DNA of 64,000 bases, from the NCBI RefSeq assembly GCF_947568905.1, contig NC_079171.1, forward strand, positions 51,026,001 to 51,090,000, given 5' to 3'. Source of the stretch: Ostrea edulis. Taxonomy: Eukaryota. Position numbers and translations under genes: made by a program. Shown here piece by piece: positions 26,561 to 37,711 of this stretch (its first letter is position 1; every line of letters starts with the position of its first letter). The notes under the pieces were generated by a model. It saw nothing but the letters and a program-made list of their open reading frames with translations. It was not told where the DNA came from and did no database searches.

Positions 26561-27490
26561 AAAGAAATTAAATGACTAAACATTCTTGGATCTCTGTGTA
26601 CATGTATATGTCATGTTTCCCAAATTACAACTGTACTTCCGTTTTGGCTGGGAGAATATAACTTCTTATTGCGCGAGTCTCCCATGACAGGCAAAAGGTT
26701 GCGTTCTGTATTTGATATAATGACAGGGTTTTTGACCCATTGTTGTTAGGCTGCATCACTCTCATGTCTGCTTAACACGCCGAGTCATCTTCAGAATGTA
26801 TACACACATTCTTTTGGAGATACAGAAACGATGATGTGGATCATAAAATCAAGGATATCATTAAAATACATGTACATGAACATACCTCATATAATCAGCG
26901 TATATGTGAATTGCTAAACATTAAATGTCATTTTCCAGTTTCATGAGCTTACACGACTAGTTCATTCCCAATAAAAAAAACCTTGTAACTAAATGACCTT
27001 TTGTATGGCTTAAACTACCGAAGACACCTCCATTGCATAGATGCCACGGATTATACAGAAATTTCTTATGAGAAAATCATTCTATGCTGAAAAATAACAC
27101 CCTACATGATTGTCTCTTCGCCAACATTCTAGTTAAAATTAGAAGTGAAAGTCGCGAGTTTTAGATTTGTGCTTTAAAGGGGAAACCCTGTGTCACGATA
27201 AAGATTCGTCCGTGACCTTCAAGATTATACCAGGTCAACATTTATAGCACTTCACCTACAGCTGGCGACGTCTCAACATGGATGAATATTTATTCGAAAT
27301 GGTACGGAAAATAAACCAACTGTTGCTTTAGACTGTATGTGTTATCAGATACAAAATTATGACGAAGTGTGGAGACAGTGATATCGTTTTATTATCATTA
27401 GTTGTATTCAAAACAAACATTACTATTTATCCAGCATACGGTACATGTATATGAGAAGAACTGCGCATGCGCCATGCATCAGTGTCACGT

Positions 27491-27975
27491 TCATACTAGG
27501 GGACCACGTTGCTGGTGCTGTACATACTGTATTTCTGTGACCAGTATTGGGAATACTGGCGCGTGGAGTCCCTGCTGCTGTACCATCTGTGTGTGAAGAT
27601 CAGTACCGGGAACTAGCACGTGGAGTCCCTGCTGTTGTACTGTCTGTGTGTGAAGATCAGTACCGGGAATTGGCACGTGGAACCCCTGCTGTTGTACTGT
27701 CTGTGTGTGAAGATCAGTACCGGGAACTGGCACGTGGAACCCCTGCTGTTGTACTGTATCTGTACCGGGAATACTGGCACGTGAGTTGCGCATTGCTCGA
27801 TAGAACCTGGAGGAGCATCTCCCGCAGACGACATCTGTTTTTTCCGTGGAGTCTATCAGGAATGTTGTTCGTAGATACTCCTGGATTTTTCTGTAGATGC
27901 GATGCCTGTTTTGAGGTGTTGTTTTCTTTGAACACGTGAGGCAAGGGTAACTTTTTTTTGATCTAGGCTTTCTGT
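27491..27975 (-). CDS. Terminal exon ZnF-A: CxxC..CxxC zinc module followed by 19-aa (57-bp) Gln-rich tandem repeats
   Basis: Acceptor tttttcag|AC AGA at 27975 (phase 1). Reads YPCLTC..K..NRHRI..L...DVVCGRC. ORF 27491..28006. The repeat TVQQQGFHVPVPGTDLHTQ occurs about 4 times. Confidence 0.55.
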
Positions 27976-29021
27976 CTGAAAAAAAAAGTTTCAATATGTA
28001 TTCCACGCGAAATAAAGCTTTCTAACTATCACGGGCAGATACGGTATTGCAAATGAAAGGTGATTATAACGAAGAGTGGCCAACCTCATAAGGAATACAA
28101 AATAGAGAGTAGGGCAAACATGGGCCCCTGGATATACCAGAGGTGGTATCAGGTGCCTAGACTTACATTGTGTTAATGGGAATTGAGTCAACGGGTAACA
28201 TTTCGCAAACAGAATATGTGTTAGGTAGGCCAAGAATTGACTTACCTGATCATTTCTCATTGCTGATAAATATATTGTTGCTAGGAAGTGCATTTACTGA
28301 TAACATTTCCCAAGTACACTAAAACTGAGTTTCGAAAGTTTTTCAAAAACAATTTTTGGGATCATCTTTAAAGTGGAAAATGAAGACTTACGGTACATAA
28401 CATTCACCTATATGTATATGAGCTTCAAACAAGGAACAGTGTTGTGAAGACATGGTAGTAAATTAAACTTATGACATAACAGTTTCAGATGCCTAATTTG
28501 ATTGATAGTTAAACGTAGACAACAATGACCCATTTCTATTATCTGGCCTTTACATAAACAGGTGGTTTATGCACGCAGTGGGGTATCAGTACTATTTTAA
28601 CAAATGTTTCTAAACCAATCAGATTCGTCTACTACATGTATAACACCTATAACCAACACTCTGTAAACGACTGATAAACGTAGTTAAGAAATGCGAAACT
28701 GTTTTTCTCATTCTTGTGAAATCAACGCGTCATTTCAAACTCTCAAGCTTAAGAGCCAACATCCTTAGTGTTCTCATGAACATCCTTAAAAGGTGTTCTC
28801 ATGAACATACATGATACATGTATGTGTTCTCATTAACAATTCATTAAGTTGATTGAAATATAAATTCCAACATTGAAACAACTCCCAACATTTATATACA
28901 AATCCCTGTTATACCACAAATCGTCGGTCCATCCCAAATCCGCGCCCGGAATCCCAAATGCGGGGACGATTTGGGACAAGATTTCACTATTATTAGGGAT
29001 GACGATTTGGGATGTACTACA

Positions 29022-30198
29022 GTACACCCCATATCGTCACCCGTCCTCAATCGTCGCCCGCTAATATTTTATTGACGTTTTTAGGATAGATTACACCGAA
29101 GTTATTTCATTGTACCCTCTTTTATAATGGGGTACATAGGTTTCACTTGGTCTGTTTGTCTGTCTGTCCGCACCCATATCTCTGGTGTTTGTCGACCTAT
29201 TGGACTGCAATTTTGTATGTAGATTACAAGTGACCCCCCCCCCCCCCCCCCCCCCCCCCCATCAGAATTCTGTAATGAGAGCTTAAAGCGCTGCGAACTG
29301 TGCACAATTTTCAGCAACTCTGCAATATCTCTGGTGTTTGTGAACCGATATGTGGGTTACATATGTTCCGGGCATGTGCTTCCCGTCACATGAAATATCT
29401 TGATCACGAGCTCAAAGCACCGCGAGCTGTAATCATAGCGAACTATTTTCGACTGTCACTCTGGTGTTTGTGAACCGATTGAGTTAAAATTTTGTATGTA
29501 GGTTATGTGTGACTAATCAAAGAGGTTTCATTTATTTGTTGGTTTACTTGTTCGTTCATTTACTTATTTAGAGAGAGAGAGAGAGAGAGAAAGAGCAACA
29601 AACAAAAATATTGAGAAATAAAGTGGAAGGATGGGTGTTTCTCGAGGTTTTCACGAGTGAGAGTGTCCAAACGGCGGCTAACAGGCATTATCTAACATAA
29701 TCTGATGTCACTAACAAATCTGCGGTGCACAAGACCTAACAACCCCATGTTCAGCAGAATGACCCTACAACAAAAGGCAAAACGATTTATTGTCGAAAAA
29801 ATTCATAAAGATAACAATGACACCACCACCACCAACATATACAACTCTTTCAATAGTAACAAAACCACTTACCAACCAAAACAACAATAACAAATACTGT
29901 GATCATAATAAATCTTTTTAAAAATTTATACAACAGAAAGACAAAGTAGAAGATTAAAATGCTTGTAAGGTCCAGAGAACCTTTTGTGGTCATAGGAGAG
30001 GAGAAGGATCAACAAACAGGGCCAGTTTGTATGTAAATGGTGCTTCCAAATAGTTGCAGCAAGGGGGCGACAATTTGGGGTGCGAGGTTATGCCCAAATC
30101 GTCGCCGGCGACTATTTGGGACGGGCGACTATTTGGGGTGTTACATGTACAATCGTCGCCGGCGACTATTTGGGACGGGCGACGTTGTGGGGTGTAAC
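29022..30198. mobile_element. Non-autonomous TIR element with CpG-rich subterminal motifs
   Basis: gtacaccccatatcgtcacccgtcctcaatcgtcgcc is inverted at 30160-30198. The cccaaatcgtcgcc motif is reiterated. A related ~110-bp unit abuts it at 28905-29016. Confidence 0.55.
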
Positions 30199-30720
30199 AA
30201 TCCCAACATTTAAATACAAATTCCAGCATTACATTTAAATACAAATTCCAACAAAATTTAGGTATGAACATAAATCAAAAACTAAAGCGTTGTTTGTTTC
30301 TCTTATTTTACCGATTTGGAAAAAAAAAACCAGTCCGATTTTAAAAAAATATTTCAGTTATATTCCTTTCAAGAATTTTTTTGGTGCTAAATTAAGAAAC
30401 TTTTTTTGATATTTTTGTTTTCCTACTTTAAGACTTGATATTTCTTAATTGCATGTCAGAAATAAAACAGATGGTTTTTCAATATTAGAAAACCCGAAGT
30501 TTTTCAAGTTTGGTCCCAAAGTCAAAACACATTTTCCTAAATACCCAAAATTGTGGTAATAAAAGGGAAAAGAAACATTAACTAAATCTAGGCTGAGTTA
30601 GCATTGCGAAGGCACATATCGTCAGGTAAGGTCATAACTAGCGTCTGACTCACGCTATCCCCATGTCGGTTCGAAATTGATGAAGTTAATGTTTGTACAC
30701 AACCTGAAGGCACATCTGCA

Positions 30721-31112
30721 AAATGCGCATCTGGTGCATCAAAATTGGTACCATAGAAGTTTTACATTATGACCCCTGGGTCGAGGCCTCTGTTGGTGGA
30801 CTGTTAGTTTCCGAGGGTCTCTACAGCCCAGTAGCTAAGTACTTCTTTATTAGCTTGAAAATACGGATGTATATTTCATTGCTGGGACAAAATTTAGAAA
30901 TTCATTTCCAAATTAAGGATTATCTCCCTCATGCATAGCTCTTATCCCTGGACGAATTTGGCTCCAGTTTTTTTGGCACTCTAATTTTCCTTTTAGCTCA
31001 CAAATTTGGACATTTTGAATTTCCAAAATTTCATCTTGAGCATCACTGAAGAGACATTATTTGTTGAAATGCGCATCTGGTGCATCAAAATTGGTACCGT
31101 ATAAGTTTCACA
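30721..31112 (+). mobile_element. Retrozyme/Penelope-pLTR-like unit, about 346-bp monomer with terminal direct repeat
   Basis: aaatgcgcatctggtgcatcaaaattggtacc is repeated at 30721 and 31067. The second copy lies in a hammerhead core. A reverse-strand end fragment of the same family is at 50184-50229. Confidence 0.65.
31040..31083 (+). ncRNA. Minimal type-I hammerhead ribozyme motif
   Basis: Stem I gcatca/tggtgc; core CUGAAGA-G; stem II aca-ttatt-tgt; U-GAAA; palindromic stem III AUGCGCAU; predicted cleavage after AUC at 31077. Position 11.1 is U rather than C. Confidence 0.7.
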
Positions 31113-31329
31113 TATAACAAAATCGATAATACAACACGTTTCTGAAACAACGATGCCTCCGCGTGGCAGCAAAGTAATTCTGGTACAAAAAGAAAAGTAT
31201 TGTCACAAGGAATACATGTTAGAAATATGAACGCCCTATCACTCACCTTACACAAGTTGCCATGGGTAACGTTTTTCAAAAAAATAAGTAAAACCGAGAG
31301 GTCAAAGTTACAAAGTAAAAACATTTGGT

Positions 31330-31512
31330 ATTGAACGCATTTATAAATTTAGTTGAAAGTACATAAAACTTTAGTTGAACGTACTTATAACTTTAGTTGA
31401 ACGTATTCATAACATAAGTTGAACGTACTTATAACTTTAGTTGAACGTATTCATAACATAAGTTGAACGTACATAAAACTTCAGTTGAACGTATTTATAA
31501 CTTTAATTGATC
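31330..31512. repeat. 22-bp minisatellite x ~8
   Basis: ttagttgaacgtacttataact variants. Confidence 0.9.
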
Positions 31513-32428
31513 GCACGGAACTACAGTGAGGAGATATTTCCTTCATGTCATTTTATGATTTGACCTGCATAGCAGATTTCAATCGGAACTTAGAAATGCG
31601 TGTAAGCACATCAACTGAAATTCACTCAATTTCTTCAATTTCTCTTTTTTGTGGGTAAATCGATGTACATGTATTACAAATTACGTTAATCAGTTATCAC
31701 TTACTCTGGAGTAACATCAATTTGTGTAGTAAGCAAAAACCCTTTTATTTCAAAATGTATAAAATGTAGTCATGTAGTTCCTCAAAATGATATATCTAAA
31801 GACATAACTAATATACATGTATAAATAAAATGCAAACAAAATGTGTAGAAAGGCTATGGTTGCAAATACACTACAAAATATTGCATTCATGATATTCCTC
31901 GTCAATAGTGGTTGCTATTGTTCAGTGGTTAAAGCGTTCGCTCCCTGATCGTAAGGTTGTGGGCACCAGCCGCGTCAAAACGTAGACGTATTTAATGGGT
32001 GGATTGTTCCTTACCCAAAGGATTGACACCGAGAAATGAGAGTCGCGGGTCTTTCGGATGAGACCTTAAAGCGAAGATAAGAGTCTTCATGTTTTCTGCA
32101 TTGTGTGAAGACGCCTGTAACGACTGAATCAAGAATGAAATTAGCTTAAAATAGAGACTGGTGCTGACTGTACAAATACAGACAGATTTCCTAAGAATAT
32201 ATGTGGTCATCATTGAGATTTAAAGCGTTTACGGTAGGCTGTGATTGTGTCTCTTAACAATCGTTTGAGATGCACTGCTCTGGCGATTTAGCAGGGGCTG
32301 ACATCTAACTTCATTGAACTTCAAACGTCTTGTAGAAATACGGCATAATGTGACCCACATACTATCTCACTCAAATGAGTGTTTGGAATTGCTACTGCAT
32401 GATTTTCTTTTCTGGGTTTGCCACCTTG

Positions 32429-33924
32429 CTAGCTTTTCTTTTCTGAATTTGCTACTGCAGATAGGACATCGCTAGCTTTTCGTTTTTGTGAGATCGATAA
32501 TGCCTTTTTGTACGGTTTCATGGAAGCCTCTGACATGAACAAGACTGGTCTTCCCGCGAACTCTGCATCATTCATGGCTGTCATTGCTATCGCATGTAAA
32601 TGTTGTCGAGTGTACGTATTTTCGCAATTCGCTGATTTGCAGATTCCTCTCATGAACCCTCCAAACGACCGTTTTTTGATTGCGGTAGAGGTGAACCAGA
32701 TGTCGCAAAATCTGGGGAAGGGTATTGCATCTTTCAAGCAAGTATTGAAGAGACTAGTAGCCCCTTTGTCAGTTTTGGACAGCAAAAGACGTAGCATCTT
32801 CAGAGGACAACAGGGGGAATCTGGGACTGCATAAAGCCGTCTTTCAAAAGAAAACTCATCACTATTCAAGCCTCCTTGAATTCTTTTCTGCTCTGTCTCA
32901 TGAGAAAGGACAATATATTCCGAACCATCTCTATCAGTTCGGAAATCGAAAGAATCCATCCGAAGTTGATGGGACTGGAAGCCACGTGAAAGGAAGTGTA
33001 AAGAAATACTCAACCAAACACACTGACGTAGTATGGTCGGTACAAAAGGTGCAGCTTTGAAGTACGAATACATTTTATTTAGATCGTCAAAATGGATAAC
33101 TTTGGTATGACTGCTTGAATCAGATGGTTCACTTTTCTGCATGACTTTCAGCATACCATCTAATGTGTTATTTGCCGACTTGAATACTTTGTCATGTACA
33201 ACATCGATCGTGCGATCAATATCTTGTAGGTACCTGTTCAAAGCAGATCTAACGTTTTTCAGCGTGTTTTTGTGGTAGTGCTCAAGAATTTCCTTACGTT
33301 TAGCGGAGTGCTTGGGTTTGGCCTCGCAATAAAATTTACGTAAGCGGACTGCCAATACATCTGCTGACACAACAACAAAATCCAGTTTTTCTCCGTACAC
33401 CTCAATGTGCCAGTCTACAATATTAAATTTCTCTGATTAAGTTAATCTGACAATTTTCAAAGCATGTACAAGAGTAGAAATATGTATAAAAAAGCAAATC
33501 TATTTCAGTTTTAGCCGCGGCCTATTGGAAATTCTGTTATCAAGTTTGATTTGATAAGTGTAGGAAAATATCGAAAATATTTACCTTGAAATAATTTGAT
33601 TGCCCATCTGGTGTCATGTTTGGTGGATTTCGACTGTCTTGTATCCTCAAAAGTCACAGTCACTAATTCGCTGTCTGAATATGTTTTAAATCTCTTTGTG
33701 GGGGCAGCAGGGGACTCGGAACAGGTAGATACGACAGGGGACTCGGAACAGGTAGATACGACAGGGGACTCGGAACAGGTAGAGACGACAGGGCACTCGG
33801 AACAGGTAGAGACGTTCTCACACAGTTTACTTTCCAAGTTATTTTCATCTGGAAGGAATGAAACAGCTTCTAAATTTGTTAAGTCCATATGGGGGATGTC
33901 ATAAAGCATAAACTCTTCAAACAT
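32429..33924 (-). CDS. Crypton-type tyrosine-recombinase-derived gene YR1 (DUF3504-like), 2 exons, about 441 aa
   Basis: Exon 1 33924-33585 ends RFKTYSDSEL..RQSKSTKHDTRWAIKLFQ G|gtaaat. Exon 2 33414-32429 (tag|AC TGG). Motifs FYCEAK, YHKNTL, HFLSRG, QGGL, CPLKML, SLFN, YTRQHLHA, SMKPY. Confidence 0.85.
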
Positions 33925-34334
33925 TTCATTTTCATCAAATGTCCCAAGTCATTCATTGTGCATACACACAGTACAGTGAGAGACAGAAGACTGGCTGACT
34001 TCTATTTTCATTACATTTCATTTCAATTTTACATGTTCAAGAAAATAATTTCTGTCTACATTTTTGTAAATAAATTTCATGCGAATTTGGGGGGGGGGGG
34101 TTGTATTGTATTGTAGTATCGTACTTGTATATTTCCTTTAAAACTGTTCCTAGTAGATTATTTTGAAATTATTTAGGAAATTATTTTGTATTGCTAAAGC
34201 TACGTAGCAAAGGGATACCACAAAAATATGGCATCACGTGACCCGTGCGCGTTTCCAGTTCGTGTATTGAAATTTACTAAAAGCAGCGGGGGTTGTAAAA
34301 CGATGCCACACAGATCCATCTAATCTGATTCATT

Positions 34335-34525
34335 ACGGATAACTCCGTTTACCTGATCAGGATATAGGGCTCACGGCGGGTGTGACTGCTCGACAGGGGA
34401 TGCTTACTCCTCCTAGGCACCTGATCCCACCTCTGGTTTGTCCAGGGGTCTGTGTTTGCCCAACTGACTATTTTGTATTGCTTGTAGGAGTTATGAGATT
34501 GATCACTGTTCGTTATCTTCACCAT
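34335..34525 (+). repeat. Penelope-like 3'-tail short repeat. About a dozen copies: 18441-18840, 28086-28160, 34905-34975, 39137-39210, 40025-40152, 42040-42176, 42537-42697, 43105-43225, 44235-44480, 45138-45225, 45822-45975, 56805-57015
   Basis: Conserved cttactcctcctaggcacctgatcccacctctgg..gagattgatcactgttcgttatcttcacc in both orientations, with variable 5' truncation. Confidence 0.9.
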
Positions 34526-34571
34526 TCATTGAAATTCATTACAATTGTTATTGTAGGATTACTGTCATTAC

Positions 34572-34757
34572 GCTATACCGAGACATGTACAAGTAAACTT
34601 AGAATCGCCTATTAATGGCTATACCGAGACATGTACAAGTAAACCTAGAATCGCCTATTAATGGCTATACCGAGACATGTACAAGTAAACCTAGAATCGC
34701 CTATTAATGGCTATACCGAGACATGTACAAGTAAACCTAGAATCGCCTATTAATGGA
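34572..34757. repeat. 46-bp tandem repeat x4, nearly identical units
   Basis: gctataccgagacatgtacaagtaaacctagaatcgcctattaatg. Confidence 0.95.
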
Positions 34758-35041
34758 CACCTGACTGAGGACTGTGTGGCAATGTCAGTATATGGATGTT
34801 TTTAATATTGTCATCACTTCAATTTTCATTACGAAAAAAAAATGTTTTTCAACATATTACTCCCTATTAATGCAAGTCTCTAATGTTCCACAAATGCTTA
34901 TTTGTGTTCAGGGGTCCATAATATCGTATTCTTGATGGAAATTATGAGATTGATCAATGTTTGTTATCGACACTTTTTCATTCTGAAAACGAACAGATTA
35001 TCACACTCGAGAATTTTTCACTCATATCGAGAAGTGACATA

Positions 35042-35260
35042 CTGTGTAATCATTAGAATTCGTGGTGGCTCAATTTCCGTGGAATTAGTGGGTATCCCTC
35101 ACCCACGAATTTACATCCTCAACGAATAAAGACATAACAAAAACTCCAGAGTTATCTTTCTTACAAATATATATAAATCCACGAAATTACGTCCCCACGA
35201 ACCCGTAAAAATTCAGCAATCCAGGAAAATTGGCCCCCACGAATTTAAATAATTCTACAG
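35042..35260. mobile_element. Small MITE
   Basis: ctgtg.aatcatt..aattcgtgg versus ccacgaattta.ataattctacag (inverted ends). Confidence 0.6.
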
Positions 35261-35264
35261 TCAA

Positions 35265-35842
35265 TCATACCCCAACAAGATGTGGTTGTGAAACACAAAT
35301 GCCCCCGATAATGGCAAATCCGAAGATTTGATTTGATTTGATGTTTTCCGCCACACTCAACAATTTTTCAGTTATATGGTGGCGCCCAGTTTTTGTTGGT
35401 GGAAGAGAGAACCCAGATACGATGCACCTGGGAAGAGACCACCGACCTTCCGAAAGTAAACTGGGGAACTTTCTCACTTACCAGCGCGAGCAGGATTCGA
35501 ACCCGCACCGACAGAGGTGAGAGGCCGTGCGATTTTGAGCGTGATGCTCTAACCACTCAGCCACGGAGGCCCCCCAATTCCGAAGATGGCCAAGGGCAAA
35601 TATCTTGGTACCAGTAGAAAGAACTTGTCAAAAGAAATGCTCATGTACAATATGAAAGATCTAATATTTACCATTCAGAAGTTATGACCAATGTAAAAAA
35701 ATTTTTTTATTAAAAGTAGGTCAAATGTCAAATTCAAAAGGTTCAATACCAACGGAAAGATCTTGTAACAAGGAATACTCATGTAAAATATCAAAGCTCT
35801 ATCACTTACTGTTCAAAACTTATTGGCAAGGTTAAAGTTTTC

Positions 35843-35880
<38 letters not shown>

Positions 35881-35911
35881 AAAAAATGTTGGTACCCACG
35901 GAAAGGTCTTG

Positions 35912-35947
<36 letters not shown>

Positions 35948-35988
35948 TCACTTATTGTTCAAAAATTATTAGCAAAGTTAAAGTTTTC

Positions 35989-36033
<45 letters not shown>

Positions 36034-36057
36034 GTTGGTACCCACGGAAAGGTCTTG

Positions 36058-36093
<36 letters not shown>

Positions 36094-36134
36094 TCACTTA
36101 TTGTTCAAAAATTATTAGCAAAGTTAAAGTTTTC

Positions 36135-36167
<33 letters not shown>

Positions 36168-36203
36168 GGGGTCAAAAATGTTGGTACCCACGTAAAGGTC
36201 TTG

Positions 36204-36234
<31 letters not shown>

Positions 36235-36309
36235 ATCTATCACTTACTGTTCAAAGTTATTAGCAAGGTTAAAGTTTCAGACAGAATGACAAACAGGACA
36301 AAAACAATT

Positions 36310-36349
<40 letters not shown>

Positions 36350-36372
36350 ATCTTCGATCTCGGGGCATAAAA
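35265..36372 (-). mobile_element. HINE-type element with a 146-bp tandem array (about 4.5 units) and a long poly-C tract
   Basis: aaaagtaggtcaaactcc recurs at 35844, 35990 and 36136. Ends aacaagatgtg.. and ggatcttcgatctcggggg. Related elements: 1-360, 12370-13410, 17945-18385, 23545-24565, 41250-41475, 46110-46745, 47765-48010, 53990-54225, 60365-60785. Confidence 0.75.
35329..35574 (-). mobile_element. Young tRNA-derived SINE of a second family (V-SINE-like core) with a 13-bp TSD
   Basis: Intact A-box TGGCTGAGTGG and B-box GGTTCGAATCC; (caaat)n tail. Flanks caaatccgaagat / caattccgaagat (1 mismatch). Inserted in a HINE-type element. Confidence 0.85.
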
Positions 36373-37711
36373 AAAATGAGCAGGATAAAAATGGATCCCT
36401 GGAAAGAGCAGAAGTGAAATCAGGTGCATAGAAGGCAGTAAGCATCCACTATCGACCAATCACAACTCTCATCTGAATCAGATGTACGGGCTAACAATTG
36501 GTATGAAACACATCAGACAGCAATAACCTATTGGGAGGTTGCAATTGCAAATATGATCATTTTAACGACCATGTTGCAAATTGCAGACAACGTATTTGTC
36601 GGTGGCCTGCATCGTTAAAAAACTTGATCAAAGACAGAACACGTGTTCGCGTATCGAATCAGCTGAGAAATATATATACTATATCCATTTACATTTGTAA
36701 GCTGACCTGTTTTTATATTCCAATGAAGCAGAATTTATTCAAAAACTTCTACGTGAGAAGAAAAAATCTCTTGCTATTCGATATTTAGATAGCTATTATA
36801 ACTTTAATGGAAATAGATGCATGCGATTGAAATGGATATGAAAATGGCCATCTTTAAAAGACATGTGCGTCACGAAATAAAAAAAAAATCCAATAATATT
36901 CAACTGTCACATCCCCTATGGTAGCAAGAAAAGATTGATTGATTGTATGTTGCTTAACGTCTCGCTCAGGAATTTTTCACTCATATGGAGACGGCAAGAA
37001 AAGAAATATTAACTGTATATATGACTTCTATTAATACCTTTAGTTCTGTCATTTATCTTTACCAACAACATATTTTCTATAATTGATTTGTTGTTAACTT
37101 TTGCGTCCCTTCAAGAGCCCTTAACACACAGTGAATCATCATTTTTAAGACCTATCTAGTCGCCGAGTGCCAATTAAACAATTCAACACCTGCTGGGACA
37201 GGGAACTTCCGGGTTTTTTTCATGCCTCATCTGAGAGATCCATGACTTTCTCCTCCATCGTGAAAAATGTCTTGATGAACGTGTTTAACTGATTTATCGA
37301 GGCGAACTATCGAACCTAAAATACATATCAATAGAGCTGCCGCAAACGTCAAATAAATTCTTTGTAATATGGACAATATAAAAACTTGGAAGAGAACACT
37401 TCAAAAACACATTTATTTTTTCTAAATCATTTTAAAAAATCAACAGCAAACGGAAACTATACAGCAGAAAACACTAATATGTTAAATGATGTGCTTAACT
37501 ATTTCCAAATTGTACAACTTTTCAAGCCGTCTAAAATGGAAAGTGCTATTGCTATCAGCCAAATCTAACTAACACCAGAGGCTAAGGAAGGGTTTCCTTT
37601 AGACGATAGTCCAAGGTTACTACTCAAGTAGTATAAACATGAAAAATAACCGGCAACAATGGGTATTTCGGTAGAAAAAAGTTGCACTCTTGGGATGTGG
37701 GTTAGTACGTA

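Noticed and set aside
30695-30740. Second complete hammerhead upstream
   Set aside because: The core is degenerate (CUGAAGG, AAAA instead of GAAA) and stem I does not pair. Only the 3' half is conserved.
22519-34757. CRISPR-like appearance of the 44-bp, 22-bp and 46-bp arrays
   Set aside because: Units are contiguous with no unique spacers, there are no cas genes, and the context is eukaryotic and intron-rich.
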